A stretch of DNA of 64,000 nucleotides from Candidatus Omnitrophota bacterium (GTDB lineage: Bacteria > Omnitrophota > Gorgyraeia > 2-01-FULL-45-10). Both the position numbers and the translations under genes were made by a program. Location: positions 41,636 to 105,635 of the forward strand of contig JBAZKM010000004.1 of NCBI GenBank assembly GCA_041650805.1. The letters run 5' to 3'. Below the pieces are notes generated by a model. It was given only the letters and a program-made list of their open reading frames with translations. It was not told the origin of the DNA and did not search any database. Shown piece by piece: positions 61,601-64,000 of the stretch (positions are counted from its first letter, which is position 1; each line of letters begins with the position of its first letter).

Positions 61601-64000
61601 TCGGGACTAACGAGCCCGACTGGGGCGTCTCATTAAACGAAATGCGGGGCAAGAAAGGCGTTTATATCGGCGTCGCATACGGAGGGCAGAACCTTTCGCG
61701 GCTTTGCTACGGCGATTTTGAACAGGCCCTTATCGTAGACAGCAACCCCTTCGTAACCGAAATATTCATGCCTATAAGGGCGGTCCTTATTGCCATGGCC
61801 AGGTCTCGCGCGGAATATCTCGGTTTTCTTGCCGGCGTACGATTAAATGAGACCGAACTGGAAATGCTCAGGGATGCCGACCTTTCTCATATCGAATCCT
61901 ATATCTCAGGCAGGGCATTCACGGAAAAGGACAGGACGGCCGCGTTCAGAAACGAACTCTGGGGCAGGATACAGGGGATATTCCCTTCTCATTTAGCCGG
62001 ACAGGCAAGCACATTCTGGGAACTTTATGCGCCGGGAGGCTTCGGTCTCTCCTCCATGGTGAGAAATATGGATCGCGGCGACAGCTGGCTGTCAAGCGAA
62101 AGGAATTTCGCCAGGATACGAAAGATGACCTCGGAGGGCAGAATCTACGGTGTAACGGCCGATTGGGCGGACGCAGCGTCGATAAGCCCGATAGCGCGCT
62201 ATATGTCGGATCACGGATTGAAGGCGTCCGTTATTTATGTTTCCAATATCATGGAACGGATCGACGAGATAGAAGACAGGACTAAAAGAGAAAAGACCGC
62301 TAACGCGTTCAGGGGCAATATCCTCTCGATGCCCCGTACAGATGATGCCGTCCTTTTGTCTGTTTCTGTTTCCGAAGGTACCGGTCTCGGCAGGCCTTAT
62401 AAAACAATGACCAGGAGCATAGAGGAAGAGGCAAAGAGGACGGTCTTTGACAGGAGCCGGGGAGATAATTATGCCGTTATTGCCCCTGTTCCGTTCTCCG
62501 CGCAGGCAGGTTTCGGCATGGTCGAGGTCATGACCGGCGTCACGATACTGGGAGCGGCAGCGGCCGCCTTCCACGCCGCAGGCATCGCCGCGGCGCTCGC
62601 CGTCGGGATTGGCGGCACGATCGCAATCATACTCTTCTTAAAATACGCGGGGCGCGCGAAGGCAGGAGAGAAGGTGATCCTATTGGTGCCCGAACCTGCG
62701 CCGTCAAAAGTGTATATGCGCAACGCGGCCATGAATATCCTTTTCCTGGCTGTATTGGCGGTCATCCCCACGGTCCTGAGCCTGCTCGAGCCGAACCTGC
62801 CCATGCTTTCGCTGGTGCTGGACATGTCCCGCGAAACCGGGTTGTCGAAGGTGGTTTTCTACCTGTTAGGGGTAGCAGGCATTACAAAGTTGGTTGCCAA
62901 TACGGCCATGGTGATAATGCGGGACGGATCGGTCAGGGCAATCAGGTCGCTCAGGTCTTTTGGGCGTTTCAACTCACGCGATGTCATTAAGCTCCTCGCG
63001 GTCCTCATCGTCTTTATCGGGGCCGCGGAGTGGAAAGCGGTGAGTTTCATGGCCCGCTCAGATGTCACTACAATAGACGCGCACGGCGCCAGGATCAGGG
63101 TATATTTCGACCCGGCCAGGTCGGTACGGGACGAGGTGGGCAGTTATGTCGGGCGCTATCTGAATAACCTGCCGGCAGGGCACACCGAAGGGCTTGAGCG
63201 CATATCCGTCCTGCCCTATGATGCGCTCGGGGCGTTCGAAACGGCCAACGATTCGGCCGGGACGTATCGTTTTTTAACCGACACGGTCAGGATCAGGGAG
63301 GGCAGGGTCGAAGACGGCAGCGTCGTCTATCATGAGATAGGCCATCACGTCAACGCCGCCGTATTGGGCGCAGGGCAGAAGATGAAGTGGAATGCGCTGC
63401 ACAGGGCAAGCGGGGATAGTGACGCCGGTTACGTCTCAGCATACGCCAAAACTTCCGCATCGGAGGATTTTGCCGAGACGTATGCGGCATACTGCACGGG
63501 CTCGCTCCATTGGTTGGCAGATACGGACGGTATCCTTGCCGAAAAGGTGCTATTCGTCACCCGCCTTTTTATGGAGCAGGGCGCAGGCGGCGCCAGGTAC
63601 CTTGTCTATTTCAGCGATGATAACGAAATAACAGCGTCTACCAAGCATCGTCTCAGGATAGAAGAGAAGTATATGGGGGTCGATTATCTTCGGGAAAGAG
63701 TGGGGGCGCTCAGATGGTTTTTGGAAAAAGACCGCGGCCTGAGAGATATCATGAGTAACGATGATGCGGATACATTCAGAAAGTGGCTCGAGGAGAGACA
63801 TAGCGGGACCGGAATAAATGTCAACAGTACTTATCTTGTCCCGCTTTCCATGGATGACCTATGCAGTATGCGGAGTAACCTTGATTATGCCTCGGAATAC
63901 GTCGCCAGAACCGCGGGCAGGGCGCGGGACGAAAGGATCCAGAGGCAGGCATCTGCCCTTGTCGGCAGCATAGCGGGCTACAAAAAGAAGCTGGGTATAT
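55621..64000 (+). CDS. giant multi-domain membrane protein, N-terminal 2793 codons (continues past window end)
   Basis: Manually translated with no stop from ATG 55621 (RBS GAAGGAAA; in-frame TAA at 55510) to 64000. Signal anchor at the N-terminus. TraB/Tiki-like (IIHIQDAH...VTGGFHSEN), CheR-like (IGIVGAGYGQEP...LVHNILQYL...VKPGGII) and ATLF-like zincin (YHEIGHHV...SEDFAETYAAY) blocks. Three conserved two-helix hydrophobic units (predicted TM hairpins) plus further TM helices near 62.7-63.0 kb. Confidence 0.7.
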   Translation, partial: MSDARSGSTPNVILNRRPFRVTIAIVTLWAFLLNIVAYDLAWAAGTPTELTSVGPDRAGGPGVVKELDASTFSLPQYLGSIRDSWSPKPYTLYPIPNTIIHIQDAHCNYYAQHKIKEIIEYLNREYGVDTVNLEGGAMGYDLSPFTDIRDKDIREKATDHFVKEGLVNGAEYFAINNPEKIALWGVEDARLYVDNLNVYRSSAVRKAEIEKHIKSLNHIINNLKPKIYSKELLEFDLAYSSYKAHNSEFKDYLSYLITKAKERAINVKQFTNIYILSRTLGEEGKVDFKRANIERDVMIDALGKRLSKSALEELVVKTVEFKAERISQKEFYAYLTGKAKVAGLDMDGFPELRRYIIYISMYEAVDKPSVMEEIDALEAKLLEGLYRNEEERTLSRLSKNLALSKNIFDISLTRDDYRYYKKNEASFDMRNYAVFIEREAPARGITAKLDNDIAHLDNYRREMAKFYEYSFKRDEAFIRNIKLGGIGYRVSGIVTRKPGAAILVTGGFHSENLAELFKKNDIAYVSIMPNFRSGDEYECPYFKILSGEKNIRIKESLPAVLTGMLPVPDQLNPAVMRELEKTQKPLGAGRMRMQGEHAFTQFLTRIEPLLLMSEALLPIIIDRAIQRYERTKEPQVINIGIVGAGYGQEPVSVAIALDRKIRSMLEDRRLPGDSVKLAVHIMSRPSPMLDKLRDNGIRYPADSIARQIALGNISETERDRYFEDTGTGSRRTQALNDIMKFYEVDLLDDPQAEVPPLDALLVHNILQYLMPGDMQSAQAAFGYLGSMVKPGGIISVTSPEGTADRYVKAAYDEMFSGRGGYEQAKFEGLPVETVFFVKKTPPAPQAGFGRLEVISGVAVLTAAAATFHAAGIAAALVVGIAGALAAALLFRYLNRATSEEKTATPTPHEAMIRELWGSVPRPIGDAELRKAIIERSFSGEAAMRWGADTLSDLIDFNKSRAGTLYITAIIEASLPKLGIMIPDNFMYGPAMTPEEIRSAKERAELQAIENRISRFTDELSALFADLDRIRGLIEKDLITAEQLKTATRLSGGNMKIACETFAALEGSIRSRQDIENLIRSAERNNNIFIINAANFGINDTFSWLARHREFINRYGTNGIAVLGQVLRSGRVLFGSNQSEKICDFLEKNARYVELYGMEYLCTAVAVLNDEQLQNMSSPRRINIFEPTLNIGKVITEDSMLNGARVFFEDLVAANNESDRLKPEAQFNESIIRTINENTMSRYGLDKMLILSRSHNLTAVAIYFTRIRPVVDKVGIQAFIDAVENKGEISADLVAAIPELLRVDLTFAGAGHQKAQEYANYILGTIAKRSTDALQALVEATTDTDDDIKRGAYSVLDTVMPNLGATLRFHGDIGPVGRKIVVEFLAMSDLERLSPYRLYLYIGRLAENGNTIDRIKNADRRRQAINNVINKADRDYGNFTKSVYYGGKTGDYSMYVGLLSMLSDEDFEKDVHDIAAALNVTAKDRSITDTLSEIDGKVITQPVNVQYVSAFDFETKKTELALPDDLDIEFKNMISTIFGSAGEADIDTILARITAVKASVDALEGRDKAEVTAFFNGNNVPDNLRAQWNTEDPKRHETAKVNIKNFLYTRMDISDEEKTVLFLKVFEHMGAELLRKYITPGAELSPDERNLIFSMLREADRHLADTMQEMGLGALADNLKKKPEWKLMKTLQGKIKTTVDGNVRSGKKIELVFRAKNLLTLYQGAYSGTCFGDRPYDIARPDLFVVTILSNGELAGSVLFNIQGNKLIMLGFDPSEALMCGLDDTKRNELVDHIMAEIFSFTKARIVDQDGKITAENDYELLITTEAGGLSNRDKVQDYIISEYVTGGKVRVDRRTYHPLYQYSVTSAQKAKTRNVKPKMIKTTPSPEAGFGGLEVMTGIAVLGAAVAAFHAAGIAAALAVGIGGALAAVLLFRYLSRNISVSPAVTASTKGTSQSSMTWDPIGYFDLVKRFGGHDYGADPAADKMLLEQTGKWFGTNEPDWGVSLNEMRGKKGVYIGVAYGGQNLSRLCYGDFEQALIVDSNPFVTEIFMPIRAVLIAMARSRAEYLGFLAGVRLNETELEMLRDADLSHIESYISGRAFTEKDRTAAFRNELWGRIQGIFPSHLAGQASTFWELYAPGGFGLSSMVRNMDRGDSWLSSERNFARIRKMTSEGRIYGVTADWADAASISPIARYMSDHGLKASVIYVSNIMERIDEIEDRTKREKTANAFRGNILSMPRTDDAVLLSVSVSEGTGLGRPYKTMTRSIEEEAKRTVFDRSRGDNYAVIAPVPFSAQAGFGMVEVMTGVTILGAAAAAFHAAGIAAALAVGIGGTIAIILFLKYAGRAKAGEKVILLVPEPAPSKVYMRNAAMNILFLAVLAVIPTVLSLLEPNLPMLSLVLDMSRETGLSKVVFYLLGVAGITKLVANTAMVIMRDGSVRAIRSLRSFGRFNSRDVIKLLAVLIVFIGAAEWKAVSFMARSDVTTIDAHGARIRVYFDPARSVRDEVGSYVGRYLNNLPAGHTEGLERISVLPYDALGAFETANDSAGTYRFLTDTVRIREGRVEDGSVVYHEIGHHVNAAVLGAGQKMKWNALHRASGDSDAGYVSAYAKTSASEDFAETYAAYCTGSLHWLADTDGILAEKVLFVTRLFMEQGAGGARYLVYFSDDNEITASTKHRLRIEEKYMGVDYLRERVGALRWFLEKDRGLRDIMSNDDADTFRKWLEERHSGTGINVNSTYLVPLSMDDLCSMRSNLDYASEYVARTAGRARDERIQRQASALVGSIAGYKKKLGI
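55885..55913. repeat. heptamer array (CCTATAC) x4 inside the giant ORF, inverted relative to 57074-57100
   Basis: ccctata ccctata ccctata cccaatac encodes PYTLYPIPNT. Confidence 0.6.
57074..57100. repeat. heptamer array (GTATNGG) x4 inside the giant ORF
   Basis: gtatagg gtatagg gtatcgg gtatag encodes GIGYRVSGI. The C in the third unit avoids an in-frame TAG. Confidence 0.6.
58150..58300 (+). repeat. intragenic repeat R1 encoding the hydrophobic hairpin unit AGFGRLEVISGVAVLTAAAATFHAAGIAAALVVGIAGALAAALLFRYL
   Basis: Shares an identical 31-nt core (ttccacgccgcaggcatcgccgcggcgctcg) with R2 and R3. Confidence 0.7.
61282..61431 (+). repeat. intragenic repeat R2 (AGFGGLEVMTGIAVLGAAVAAFHAAGIAAALAVGIGGALAAVLLFRYL)
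   Basis: Same 31-nt core; about 85% nt identity overall to R1 and R3. Confidence 0.7.
62504..62649 (+). repeat. intragenic repeat R3 (AGFGMVEVMTGVTILGAAAAAFHAAGIAAALAVGIGGTIAIILFLKY)
   Basis: Same 31-nt core. Followed by additional TM helices. Confidence 0.7.

Noticed and set aside
57843-62825. Long minus-strand ORFs from the ORF track inside the giant gene (57843-58331, 58341-58955, 60132-60737, 61200-61505, 62092-62574, 62469-62825)
   Set aside because: They are antisense to a continuous 2793-codon frame. Several are created by the Ala/Gly-rich intragenic repeats (AAASAPAIPTASAAAMPAAWK...). High-GC coding DNA commonly leaves the antisense strand open. No independent coding signal.

Overview
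This 64 kb window comes from a GC-rich (about 55-60% GC) bacterial chromosome and spans the replication-origin neighbourhood. The minus strand carries dnaA-dnaN-dciA-gyrB-gyrA. The plus strand carries rpmH-rnpA-yidD-yidC-parA-parB, followed by ndk, yicC, gmk, rpoZ and a split coaC/coaB. Two perfect DnaA boxes lie between dnaA and rpmH. Gene content includes H-X9-DG pseudopilins, a PEP-CTERM protein, TMTC-like TPR glycosyltransferases, minor type IV pilins and a duplicated lpxD. That pattern suggests a PVC-superphylum or Omnitrophota-like organism, at low confidence. Other content:
- a complete pyrimidine operon (pyrR-pyrB-pyrC-endoQ-like-pyrK-pyrD-pyrF-pyrE);
- cstA, glmS, rsmI and a csp/DEAD-box cold-shock module bracketed by two inverted lpxD paralogs;
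- a PilZ plus minor-pilin operon;
- a putative glycan-modification cluster (CmcI-like methyltransferase, B12-radical SAM, GT2);
- five tRNAs (Asp, Val-TAC, Glu, Cys, Val-GAC).

The most striking features are these:
(1) A giant open reading frame starts at 55621 and runs without a stop to the window end (at least 2793 codons). It is absent from the supplied ORF track because it has no in-window stop. It encodes a signal-anchored, multi-pass membrane protein with TraB/Tiki-like, CheR-like methyltransferase-like and anthrax-lethal-factor-like HExxH zincin domains. A near-identical two-helix hydrophobic unit (predicted TM hairpin) is repeated three times within it.
(2) A roughly 5 kb island of about 30% GC (19.45-24.44 kb) abuts the 3' end of tRNA-Asp. 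It carries a truncated Ser/Thr kinase, a small RNase-H-fold protein and two TPR proteins.
(3) A 117-nt structured element occurs twice, each time immediately 3' of a tRNA-Val gene. One copy is followed by a partial direct repeat of the tRNA 3' end.
(4) A family of heptanucleotide tandem repeats (GTATNGG, GGTCCAT/GTGGACT, GTTNGGG) forms palindromic REP-like intergenic elements. The same repeats are also inserted in-frame inside coding sequences (pyrK and the giant gene).

No rRNA, CRISPR array, transposase or integrase was recognised.
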